This document shows, one piece after another, positions 25,062-33,992 of a stretch of 64,000 bases of DNA. The position numbers and the translations under genes are program-made. The DNA is from Podarcis tiliguerta (lineage: Eukaryota). The notes beneath the pieces were generated by a model, which did no database searches, was not told where the DNA came from, and was given only the letters and a program-made list of their open reading frames with translations. Position 1 is the first letter of the stretch, and each line of letters starts with the position of its first letter. The DNA is taken from the NCBI GenBank assembly GCA_965153285.1, contig OZ229112.1; one strand, written 5' to 3'.

Positions 25062-25853
25062 TGTTGTGATGGGGGCCGCCAGGACACTCCAAAGTTGGGA
25101 GCGGGCTAATTGTTCGTTGGCCACTGATGCGATTGGGGCTTCCCTTGTTGTAGGGAAGAAGTTAATGTTGCCATTTGTTGAGTGACAGCCAGAAATGCTA
25201 AAACTCCTTGCACAAGGCTAGGGCTTCCTCTTTTCGCCCGTGCATCGGATTGCCCGTCCCCCCCCCCCCCAGAATTAGGGTTGTTCGCTTTGACCTTGCT
25301 ATGCTTGTCATGGGGTCGTCTGCTCTTGGGGCAGGGGCCCGGTAGGAATTTTGTCCATCTGGATGATTGGCTGGGGCCATTTGGTTTTTGCCTACTGCGT
25401 AGGAAATCGTCACAACTTGTAAGGTTGCGGTTAGGCATTGGTTTATGGTTTGGTTGGTTGCGGGGCATGGATTGGCTGTGCCTGCCCCTCTAATGCTGCT
25501 GCTGCAAGGGATTCCGTTAAAGGAATCGGGGGCTAACTATTGCTTGTCCACTCTGTCAAGGGGGCTTGGGCCATAGCAATGAGCTCCTGGTTGCATTTGG
25601 GGAGGGCTGAGGGCAGGTTCCCTGCTCCGTCACTACCCCCAAGTGTATTCCCCTTTTCTGACTTTCGCATCTTGCGGAATGTCAGTCTGTCCCCCATGGT
25701 GGGGGCAGATAGTCGCAACCAATGCCTAAGCAACCACTCACATTTTTGTATTTTAATAAAGTTGTGGCCAAAATTATGCCAAAAACCTTAAACAAAAAAT
25801 TCTGTGTGATGTGTGAGTTATTGGGGTGGCCCTGGGGACCTCGACACGCAACA
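25062..25853 (+). mobile_element. Solo LTR-like retroelement remnant (~790 bp; ERV-like or other)
   Basis: TGTTG...CAACA termini, CCAAT (reverse), AATAAA at 25755-25760, GC-rich relative to flanks; TSD ambiguous. Confidence 0.55.
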
Positions 25854-26188
25854 TGCCTTCCCTCTTTTTCAATGAATGCACTTTTGTTGTTGTTAAGGAA
25901 CAGATTTTCTGGGCACAATCCAGCACTTTTAATATTAATCATTCAGATCAACAGAACTGAAAAGTGCTTAGCTTTAGCTGCACTGGGTCATTTCATCAAA
26001 ACATTTCATATTGCTTCCTTAATCAGTCATTGTAGCTGCATCTAAGTTTTAATGCACAATTATTGCCTTAATCCATAATTCACTCTAATGTTCTTGGAAT
26101 TACTGTGGCTTTTAACAAAAAAATATGTATTAACGGGAGAAAATTGTATATAAAAACCCATTGGTCTGTCTGTGTATTCAAAACTTAC

Positions 26189-26325
26189 GTCTCCAAATTG
26201 TCACCTTCTAGAACAGTTTGCACTGGTAGGTAGCCAAGCCGTGGGTGTTTAGCAAAATATTTCTTTGACCGGAACTTGTTCTTTAGCACTTTGGTGAAAT
26301 CTCGCACATCTTCTCCTGATGTTGT
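26189..26325 (-). CDS. UTRN: UTRN exon (DMD exon 70 equivalent, 137 nt)
   Basis: tttctag|ACA ACA TCA ... GAG AC|gtaagt; [46 protein letters not shown]. Confidence 0.96.
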
Positions 26326-27026
26326 CTAGAAAAAAGAAAAATACAGAAAGTGCAAATTAAATATTTTCGATTCCGCTGTCAATGACTAATACTGCCAACT
26401 GAAATAGTAGGAAAGTGTAAATGGCAATGATTTTAAGAGTTGGAGCATTAAAGATGAACTTAAGCTGAACACAAAAGAATAAGAATAAATAAGTCTGGGA
26501 CTAAAAAGCAATTTCTTCATTTGTTACTAGCTTTACAAGCCAGCAGTTCTTAAATTATACAGCAACTTATATACATTTTTCAATTTAATAAAGTGACTTG
26601 CAACAAATGCTAGAACTGGCAAAATGCTAAAAGCTATCCAATTACGTTCAAAAGGAAAGGTAATTTAATCACAAACATTAGAGACTATTTTAATCCTCCA
26701 AAGTACTTTATTTTTTTGTAAAACTGAGGATTTTTAGCTTGAGATTCTGTTGCTACCTCTTCTCCAGAGGTATCCAAACTAAGAGGGAAAAAAACACTGC
26801 TTGCCAATCCTCATAAGAACACAGCAGAGTAGCACAGTAAGTGGTTGTCTGTCCACATCTCTACAGTCAGAGGCTCCCAATTCAAGCCCCCCTTAGGTTT
26901 CAGTCTTAATGGCAACAAACATACAGAGCTTCTGGGAAAGAAGCTTGGTTAGAAGCTGGTCAGAAGTATCAAAGGGTTTATATTGAGATGACATTGCTGT
27001 AGACGAAGATGCAAAATGTATAATGT

Positions 27027-27053
27027 ATAATAATAATAATAATATGCAAAATG

Positions 27054-27104
<51 letters not shown>

Positions 27105-27852
27105 TTATACCCCACCCATCTGGCTGGGTTTCCCCAGCCACTCTGGGCAGCTTTCAACAGAATATTAAAATACAATAATCTATTAAACATTAAAAGCTTC
27201 CCTAAACAGGGCTGCCTTCAGATGTCTTCTAAAAGTCTGGTAGTTGTTGTTCTCTTTGGCATCTGGTGGGAGGGCGTTCCAAAGGGCAGGTGCCACTACC
27301 AAGAAGGCCCTCTGCCTGGTTCCCAGTAACTTGGCTTCTCGCAGTGAGGGAAACGGCAGAAGGCCCTCGGCACTGGACCTCAGTGTCTGGGCAGAATGAT
27401 GGGGGTGGAGAGGCTCCTTCAGGTATACTGGACTAAGGCCATTTAGGGCTTTAAAGGTCAGCACCAACACTTTGAATTGTGCTCGGAAACGTGCTGGGAG
27501 CCAGTGTAGGTCTTTCAGGACCAGTGTTATGTGGTCTTGGCGGCCGCTCCCAGTCACCAGTCTAGCTGCCGCATTCTGGATTAGTTGTAGTTTCCGGGTC
27601 ACCTTCAAAGGTAGCCCCACACAGAGCACATTGTAGTAGTCCAAGCGAGAGATAACCAGAGCATGCACCACTCCGGCAAGACAGTTCGTGGGCAGATAGG
27701 GTCTCAGCCTGCGTACCAAATGGAGCTGATAAACAGCCACCCTGGACGCAGAATTGACCTGTGCCTCCATGGACAGCTGTGAGTCCAGAATGACTCCCAG
27801 GCTGCACACCTGGTCCTTCAGGGGCACAGTTACCCCATTCAAGACCAGGGAT
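27027..27852 (-). mobile_element. 5'-truncated young L2 LINE with (TTA)n tail
   Basis: Uninterrupted 219-codon ORF2 C-terminus (VHALVISRLDYYN...LQLIQNAAARL...LHWLP), 3'UTR and (TAA)n microsatellite 27027-27103. Confidence 0.88.
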
Positions 27853-28074
27853 TTCCAAAACGTTCATTAAGTACTGATTCAAAACATCTTTAACCATAAG
27901 TTAGATCATATTTATATTGATTATGTATATATTATAAATTAAATATATTATAATGTATAATTATAACAATAAATGCAAGGGTGCTCTTGGATCCAGCATT
28001 TTAAGTGGATGGACATGTGGCCTCTGTAACTCAGAAAACCTTTTATTAGTTTAGGCTAATATACCAATCATGGC

Positions 28075-28496
28075 TCTTTTGGGACAGATTAGCCTTAGTT
28101 ATCCATGCTCTGGTAAACTCTGACTGCAAAGTGTTGCATGTGGGGCTGCCGTTATAAGCAGCCCAGAAACTTCCGCTGGTCAAAAACAGGATAGGAAGAA
28201 TGTTAAGCTGGGTAAGATAATAATATCATGCCAGTGCTTTGTCATCCGTTTCTAGTCTAATTCTGGATCCAATTCACAGTGCTCTTATATTGACCTTTAA
28301 ATAGCTTCAGATCAGATTAGCTGAAGAACCACCTTTCTCCCAAATATATCTGCCCAGAGCCTAAGAACTTCATCTTGAGGCCCTTCTCAATGTGCCCCCA
28401 TCTAAGGAGGTGTGGTGGGTATCTGCCAAAGAGAGGGCCTTTTCAGTGGTGGCACTCATCCAGTGCCATCTCCAGGGGGACTGGCCTATTGCCTAT
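28075..28496 (+). mobile_element. Old L2-type LINE 3' fragment interrupted by the Gypsy insertion (continues ~33998-34200)
   Basis: Degenerate VIHALV...GLP...KLxLVxN reading and the L2 3' motif gagagggccttttcagtggtggca; resumes after the second TSD. Confidence 0.65.
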
Positions 28497-28904
28497 TGTG
28501 ATGGGATGAAGAGCTGCTTGTGTGTAAACTGCAAGTCCCTCAGAGTTTGAACAGGTTCTCAAACCTCTGCCTGTGACGGAGCCCCTACAGCATGGCTGCG
28601 TCAATCGCTAGCAGAATCCGAAAGTGGCTGCTTTCGGAAACGTTTCCAACATAAAAGCTCCTTAACGGAAACACGTCTTCTGGACTCTCTGCGTGACAGT
28701 TTCCGCCGAGGAACGGGTGCTCCTATAGGAGGTCCTGAGACCTCCCCACTGTTTTCGCTGGAAGCATCTCTGAGCCATTCCTCCGACTCTCCTTCCCTTG
28801 ACGTTCCTGTTCGCCCCCTACTGGTTCCCTCTTCAGGTGTCAAGTCTCTCTCTACCTCAGAGAGCCTTGGCACCTCCTGTCCTGCCGATGGCAGTTCCCT
28901 GACA
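28497..28904 (-). repeat. 3' LTR of the Gypsy element (408 bp)
   Basis: Second LTR copy, immediately preceded on the sense strand by the polypurine tract. Confidence 0.97.
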
Positions 28905-31900
28905 TCCACCTCCCCTCCAGGGCCCCCTTCACCCCCTCCCGTCTCCTCCCCTACGGGTTGGGAGGAGGTAAAACCCCGGAAAGAACCTTCCTCATCGTCT
29001 GAAGTTTCGAACACCTTTCTCCACTTGTTGTGGTTCCTAGTCTCTCGGTACTCCTCGTCATCTGAGTCCGTTCCTTCTTCCAACTCCAACTCCGCGAATC
29101 CTTCCAGTTCCTCTTCCTCGTCTGTGGTGCCGAAATACTCCCTTCTAAACCTTGCTACCGGCTGTGGTTTACGCGGGAATCTTTGGTGGAACGTTTCTGT
29201 TAAAACCTCGTCATTGACCTCCTCTGCAGTCACCCAGGTGTTTTCTGACTCCGGTCCCCCTTCCCACGCCACTAAATACTCCACCTGATTGCCCTTCCAC
29301 CTGGAATCGAGGATTTCCGCTACATGGTTACTGCTTTCCCTCTCTTCCAAGACCGGTCCCCTGGTGTGCTCCCCTTCACCTCCCCCCTTGTACGGTGACA
29401 GTAACGACCTGTGGAACACTGGGTGCAATTTCATGTGGCTGGGTAACCGGAGTTTGAAAGCCACTGGGTTGACCTGCTGAATGACCTCAAAGGGTCCCAA
29501 TCTCTTGGGTCTTAATTTTTTACAACCCCCTTTGAACGGCAACCCTTGGGTGGACAGCCACACCTGATTCCCCACCCTTATTGTTTCACCTTCCCTTCTG
29601 TGCTTGTCTGCCTGCTTCTTATATTGTGCCTTGGCCCTTTCTAAGTTGACCTGAAGCTGACGATGGATCGCTTCCATCTCTTCTACAAAATGTTCGGCCG
29701 CTGGGACGCTCCATCTCTCGCCTCCCTCCCCTGGGAATGCCCTGGGGTGACACCCGTAATTGGCCAAAAAGGGGCTCATTCCTGTGGACACATGCTCCGC
29801 ATTGTTGTAGGCAAATTCTGCCAGCGCCAGCTTTTCGACCCAATCATTCTCTCTGTCATTGACATAACACCTCAGATATTGTTGGAGGATGCCATTTGCT
29901 CTTTCCGCCTGCCCGTTGGTTTCAGGGTGCCGGGCAGTCGAAAAATTGACTTCCACGTGCAGCAAGCTCATGAGCTTCCTCCAGAACCTGGAAGTAAATT
30001 GTTTGCCGCGGTCTGAGATCACCCTCAAGGGGGCGCCGTGCAGCCGGAAGATGTGTTCTACAAACAACTTCGCTGTTTCTTCCGCTGTGACTGCATGTGA
30101 ACATGCTACAAAGTGGCACATCTTAGTTAACAGGTCCACTACTACCATAATGGCCGTTTTCCCCTTGGATTTGGGCAGATCCGTCATAAAATCTATCGAT
30201 ACCGCCTCCCAAGGCCGTTCTGGCGTGGGTAATGGTTCTAATAACCCTGCCGGCGCCCTTCTTTCTCCCTTGGCCCTCTGGCATTGGTCACACCCTCTTA
30301 CATACTCCTTTACATCTTCCCTCACCTTGGGCCACCAAAATTCCCTGGTGACCATCCACATGGTCTTGTGTTGTCCAAAATGTCCCGCCGTGGGACTATC
30401 ATGCAACTGCTTGAGTACCCTCCCTCTCAATTCACCTTCTGGTATATACAGTGCCCCTTTGTAATACAATGCCCCGTTTCTTTCCTCAAAACCCTCCGGG
30501 CTCTCACCCTCTCCCCTGAGACCTCTGAGCTTATTTTGGGCATATTCGTCATTTTCTGTTTCCTCCACCAGTTCTCGTCTCCCCACCAGCGCCGCCCCAC
30601 ACACCCAGCGGTCCTCAGGAATGACATGTCTTTCTTCGATTGCCCCCTCCCCCTCCAAATACTCTGGTTTGCGTGAGAGAGCGTCCGCCCTGACGTTTTC
30701 CGGGCCTGGTACATAACAAATCTCGAAGTGGAATTTGGAAAATTCCTGTGCCCATCTCACTTGTCGTTGGTTGAGTACTCGAGCTGTTCTCCAATACTCC
30801 AAATTCTTGTGGTCGGTGCACACTTGCACCTTGTGTTGTGCCCCAATCAATAAATGTCTCCACCTCCGGAACGCTTCGTGAATGGCGAGTAGTTCCCTGT
30901 CATACACCGTGTAGTTCCGCTCGGACTTATTCAGCTTCCTCGAGAAAAAGGCACACGGTCTCCACTCCGCCGTATTTCTTCCCGGCTGAAGAAGTACCGC
31001 CCCTACCGCTCTGTCTGACGCGTCTGTTTCCACTCTCATGGGCTTCTGTAGGTCCACATGCAGCAGTTGTTCTTCCGAGGCGAAGGCCCTTTTCAGCTCT
31101 TCAAAAGCTCGCTCTGCCTCCGCCGTCCAAACAAATTTCTTCTTGCTACTGAGACAGTCGGTGATGGGCGTCGTCAAGTGTGCAAAGTTCTTAATGAACT
31201 TCCGATAAAAGTTCCCAAACCCCAGGAATCTTTGCACATCCTTCTTGGTCTTCGGTGTCTTCCATTCCAGCACCGCCTGCACCTTGCCTGGATCCATGGC
31301 CAATCCTTTGTCTGACAAGCGGTACCCCAGGAATTCCACCTCCTTGGCATGAAACTGGCACTTCTCCAGTTTCACCCACAGCTGATTGGCTTGCAGCCGG
31401 CCCAACACTTCTCTCACGTCTCTCACATGCTGCTCTTCATCTTCGGAATACACCAACACGTCATCCAAAAAGGCCACACAATTCTTGTAAAGTAACGGTC
31501 CCAAGACGTGGTTGATAAAACTTTGAAAGCATGCAGAGCCGGCTTGGAGACCGAAGGGCATTACGAGGTATTCAAATGCTCCCAAAGGGGTGAACATGGT
31601 GGTCTTCCATTCATCCCCTTTCCTTATGCGTATCAGATTGTACGCCCCCCGCAGGTCCAGTTTTGTAAAAATCTTCCCCTTCCTCACCCTGGTCAGAATG
31701 TCATCAATTCGGGGCATAGGAAAAGCCAGGGGTTCCGACACGGCATTTAGGGCCCTGAAGTCAACTACAAGCCTCGGCTTATCTGTGTTTTTTTTGTCCA
31801 CAAAAAACACTGGGCTGCCCCCCACCGCTCGGGACTCTCTGATGAAACCTCGCTTCAGGTTTTTGTCAATTAACTCCCTCAGCTCCTGCATTTCCCTGTC

Positions 31901-32689
31901 TGACATGGCGTACAGCTTGCCCACTGGGAGTTGAGCCCCAGGGAGTAGGTTGATTTGACAGTCAAAGGGTCTATGCGGCGGCAGTTTGTCCGCTTCCCTT
32001 TCGCTAAATACGTTGCTCAGATCTGCATATTGCGGAGGCACCTCCCCTTTATTCATTACCTCCATCCCAGCTAGGGTGAGCCTGGCTCCCCCTGGATCCT
32101 TCCCCTGCTTGCAGTGTTCTAGGCAATGCGCTGACCCAAAGGAGACCACCCTCTGAGGCCAGCCCACCAAAGGATCGTGTAGTGCCAGCCAGCTCATCCC
32201 CAAAATGATGGGAGCTCCTCCCAAGGTGGCCACATTAAACGCTATCCTCTCGGTGTGCCTTGCCACCCTCATTATCATGGGGACTGTCTGTTGGTTCACT
32301 TCTCCTCCCAACAACTCTCTGCCGTCAATCGTGGTCACCTGCAGGGGTTTACTTAAGGGGAGGGTTTGTATTTGGTGCTCAGCTGCGAACTCCTTACTCA
32401 TGAAATTACAGGAGCTGCCTGAGTCCAGAAGGGCCTTGATCTGTAGGGGGTGTCCGTTTGGCAGCTCTAGCAACACCTCTATCAATAGAGCAGGTCTGGG
32501 AGGTTCTGGTGAGGGCACTTTCACTGCTTTGGAGCCTGGCTGCTGTGCCCCGACGGCAGCCAGGCGTTGGCTTTTACTTGCTCCTTGCTTTCCTCCTCCT
32601 CTCCCCCAACAGCTCCTGCCATGCCTTGCCATTCCTTTCTCCGTGGGCAGACTCTGGCAAAGTGTCCTGGCTGTTGGCAGAGATAACAT
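28601..32689 (-). CDS. pol: Gypsy Pol (protease, RT, RNase H, integrase, chromodomain, acidic tail), expressed as Gag-Pol by a -1 frameshift near 32572-32578
   Basis: ALLDSGSS (PR), MPFGL and AFLDDVLVYS (RT), VETDASD (RNase H), HDSPTAGH...CDQC plus DDE core and GPF (IN), VAEILDSRW..VEYLVAWEG..ENTWV (chromodomain); lies in the -1 frame relative to gag. Confidence 0.95.
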   Translation of the reverse strand: MLSLPTARTLCQSLPTEKGMARHGRSCWGRGGGKQGASKSQRLAAVGAQQPGSKAVKVPSPEPPRPALLIEVLLELPNGHPLQIKALLDSGSSCNFMSKEFAAEHQIQTLPLSKPLQVTTIDGRELLGGEVNQQTVPMIMRVARHTERIAFNVATLGGAPIILGMSWLALHDPLVGWPQRVVSFGSAHCLEHCKQGKDPGGARLTLAGMEVMNKGEVPPQYADLSNVFSEREADKLPPHRPFDCQINLLPGAQLPVGKLYAMSDREMQELRELIDKNLKRGFIRESRAVGGSPVFFVDKKNTDKPRLVVDFRALNAVSEPLAFPMPRIDDILTRVRKGKIFTKLDLRGAYNLIRIRKGDEWKTTMFTPLGAFEYLVMPFGLQAGSACFQSFINHVLGPLLYKNCVAFLDDVLVYSEDEEQHVRDVREVLGRLQANQLWVKLEKCQFHAKEVEFLGYRLSDKGLAMDPGKVQAVLEWKTPKTKKDVQRFLGFGNFYRKFIKNFAHLTTPITDCLSSKKKFVWTAEAERAFEELKRAFASEEQLLHVDLQKPMRVETDASDRAVGAVLLQPGRNTAEWRPCAFFSRKLNKSERNYTVYDRELLAIHEAFRRWRHLLIGAQHKVQVCTDHKNLEYWRTARVLNQRQVRWAQEFSKFHFEICYVPGPENVRADALSRKPEYLEGEGAIEERHVIPEDRWVCGAALVGRRELVEETENDEYAQNKLRGLRGEGESPEGFEERNGALYYKGALYIPEGELRGRVLKQLHDSPTAGHFGQHKTMWMVTREFWWPKVREDVKEYVRGCDQCQRAKGERRAPAGLLEPLPTPERPWEAVSIDFMTDLPKSKGKTAIMVVVDLLTKMCHFVACSHAVTAEETAKLFVEHIFRLHGAPLRVISDRGKQFTSRFWRKLMSLLHVEVNFSTARHPETNGQAERANGILQQYLRCYVNDRENDWVEKLALAEFAYNNAEHVSTGMSPFLANYGCHPRAFPGEGGERWSVPAAEHFVEEMEAIHRQLQVNLERAKAQYKKQADKHRREGETIRVGNQVWLSTQGLPFKGGCKKLRPKRLGPFEVIQQVNPVAFKLRLPSHMKLHPVFHRSLLSPYKGGGEGEHTRGPVLEERESSNHVAEILDSRWKGNQVEYLVAWEGGPESENTWVTAEEVNDEVLTETFHQRFPRKPQPVARFRREYFGTTDEEEELEGFAELELEEGTDSDDEEYRETRNHNKWRKVFETSDDEEGSFRGFTSSQPVGEETGGGEGGPGGEVDVRELPSAGQEVPRLSEVERDLTPEEGTSRGRTGTSREGESEEWLRDASSENSGEVSGPPIGAPVPRRKLSRRESRRRVSVKELLCWKRFRKQPLSDSASD
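28905..28918 (-). promoter_or_regulatory. Polypurine tract
   Basis: GGAGGGGAGGTGGA abutting the TG of the 3' LTR. Confidence 0.85.
32513..32578 (-). promoter_or_regulatory. gag-pol -1 frameshift signal with H-type pseudoknot
   Basis: A_GTA_AAA, 6-nt spacer, stem 1 GCCTGGCTGC/GCAGCCAGGC, stem 2 GGGCAC/GTGCCC. Confidence 0.75.
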
Positions 32690-33537
32690 TTCTTGGCGCT
32701 CTTTCCCTCCTTCTTCCGCCCTTCACCGATGTTTGAAACTGCGCGCGCCCGCGCTGTTCCCACTTCCATCGGCTCTGCCGGCGGGAAAGGCGGCTCTGGA
32801 ATGTCTGGAATGCGGAGCTCCCTCCAACGTTCTCCTTTCCCCTCCCGCTTCTCCAAAGCCCTCGCTTCCTGGCGCGCTCCTATGGCCAGCGCGGATTTAG
32901 TCAGCTGGTCCATAGACTCCGCTCTGGGGGTCCGGGAAAGTTCGTCTTTTAAGGACGAAGAGAGTCCTTCCTCGAAAAGCATCTGAATGGGCTCCGCAGA
33001 CAGGTCCCACCCCAATCTATGAATCAACATAGTGAACTCAGTCCAGTACTCACGGACAGTCCGGTTCCCCTGTTTGCAAGCCATTAACTGCCTTCGCACC
33101 CCTCCCTGCTCAATGTCGCTGGAAAACATCAGGTCCATGGCACGAAAAAACTTCCTTGTGTCCTTTAGGATCTCATTATTTGCTGCCATCAAGGGTCTAA
33201 CCCAGTCCTTCGCCCCTGATTCGAGATGGCTAATTACAAAAGCCACTCGCGATTCCTCATCAGGGAAGTCATCAAATTGCAGATTGAGAGCGTATTGCAT
33301 CTCTGTCCTAAAGGCATGATAATTCCTGGGGTCCCCCCCAAATTTCTGCACCAATCCTGGCATCTTTCTGGTGAGCGGGGTGGCTTTCTCCTTCCCCCTC
33401 TCTGCATCCTGAGCCCTCCTCTCTTCCAGCCTCGCCGTCTGCAAGGCAAGCTGGATTTCCAACGTCCTGTACCTCTCCTCCAGACTTGGACCTCCTCCAG
33501 CTGCCCCTGCTTCTCCGGTTCCTGCTGGTTCGCTCAT
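32521..33537 (-). CDS. gag: Gypsy Gag (338 aa from first ATG): Ty3/PEG10-like capsid plus CCHC nucleocapsid
   Basis: KFGGDPRNYHAFRTEMQYAL and CKQGNRTVREYWTEF capsid motifs, EPMEVG, zinc knuckle CYLCQQPGHFARVC. Confidence 0.92.
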   Translation of the reverse strand: MSEPAGTGEAGAAGGGPSLEERYRTLEIQLALQTARLEERRAQDAERGKEKATPLTRKMPGLVQKFGGDPRNYHAFRTEMQYALNLQFDDFPDEESRVAFVISHLESGAKDWVRPLMAANNEILKDTRKFFRAMDLMFSSDIEQGGVRRQLMACKQGNRTVREYWTEFTMLIHRLGWDLSAEPIQMLFEEGLSSSLKDELSRTPRAESMDQLTKSALAIGARQEARALEKREGKGERWRELRIPDIPEPPFPPAEPMEVGTARARAVSNIGEGRKKEGKSAKKCYLCQQPGHFARVCPRRKEWQGMAGAVGGEEEESKEQVKANAWLPSGHSSQAPKQ

Positions 33538-33571
33538 GATGCCTCTCCCTGGCACAAGCTAGCTGTCGATG

Positions 33572-33582
33572 ACTTTCGGATT
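33572..33582 (-). promoter_or_regulatory. Self-priming primer-binding site (Tf1 type)
   Basis: Sense AATCCGAAAGT, 2 nt after the 5' LTR, is the exact reverse complement of ACTTTCGGATT inside the LTR (33703-33713); no TGG tRNA-type PBS. Confidence 0.85.
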
Positions 33583-33584
33583 GC

Positions 33585-33992
33585 TGTGATGGGATGAAGA
33601 GCTGCTTGTGTGTAAACTGCAAGTCCCTCAGAGTTTGAACAGGTTCTCAAACCTCTGCCTGTGACGGAGCCCCTCCAGCATGGCTGCGTCAATCGCTAGC
33701 AGAATCCGAAAGTGGCTGCTTTCGGAAACGTTTCCAACATAAAAGCTCCTTAACGGAAACACGTCTTCTGGACTCTCTGCGTGACAGTTTCCGCCGAGGA
33801 ACGGGTGTTCCTATAGGAGGTCCTGAGACCTCCCCACTGTTTTCGCTGGAAGCATCTCTGAGCCATTCCTCCGACTCTCCTTCCCTTGACGTTCCTGTTC
33901 GCCCCCTACTGGTTCCCTCTTCAGGTGTCAAGTCTCTCTCTACCTCAGAGAGCCTTGGCACCTCCTGTCCTGCCGATGGCAGTTCCCTGACA
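33585..33992 (-). repeat. 5' LTR of the Gypsy element (408 bp)
   Basis: Direct repeat of 28497-28904 with 2 substitutions (28587/33675, 28720/33808); sense strand TGTCAGG...CATCACA. Confidence 0.97.

Larger units (their letters stand above)
28497..33992 (-). mobile_element. Full-length Ty3/Gypsy chromovirus LTR retrotransposon (sushi/Tf1-like), apparently intact and young
   Basis: Two 408-bp TG...CA LTRs; 5-bp TSD CCTAT (28492-28496, 33993-33997); uninterrupted gag and pol ORFs in PR-RT-RH-IN-chromo order; PPT. Confidence 0.97.

Noticed and set aside
26893-27329. Poly-Y, poly-L and poly-N ORFs
   Set aside because: Translations of the (TAA)n L2 tail.
29889-30464. 191-aa plus-strand ORF inside the Gypsy element
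   Set aside because: Antisense shadow of the integrase coding sequence; no recognisable motifs.
32205-32900. 231-aa plus-strand ORF across the gag-pol junction
   Set aside because: Antisense shadow of GC-rich gag/protease codons; no independent evidence.
28601-33537. Domesticated sushi-derived gene (PEG10/RTL-like) or env-bearing retrovirus
   Set aside because: Near-identical LTRs, a TSD and complete catalytic domains indicate a recent mobile copy; there is no env ORF or room for one.
33689-33961. 90-aa ORF in the 5' LTR
   Set aside because: It is the LTR copy of the Pol tail. It has a GTG start and lies mostly upstream of the predicted TSS, so it is not a separate gene.
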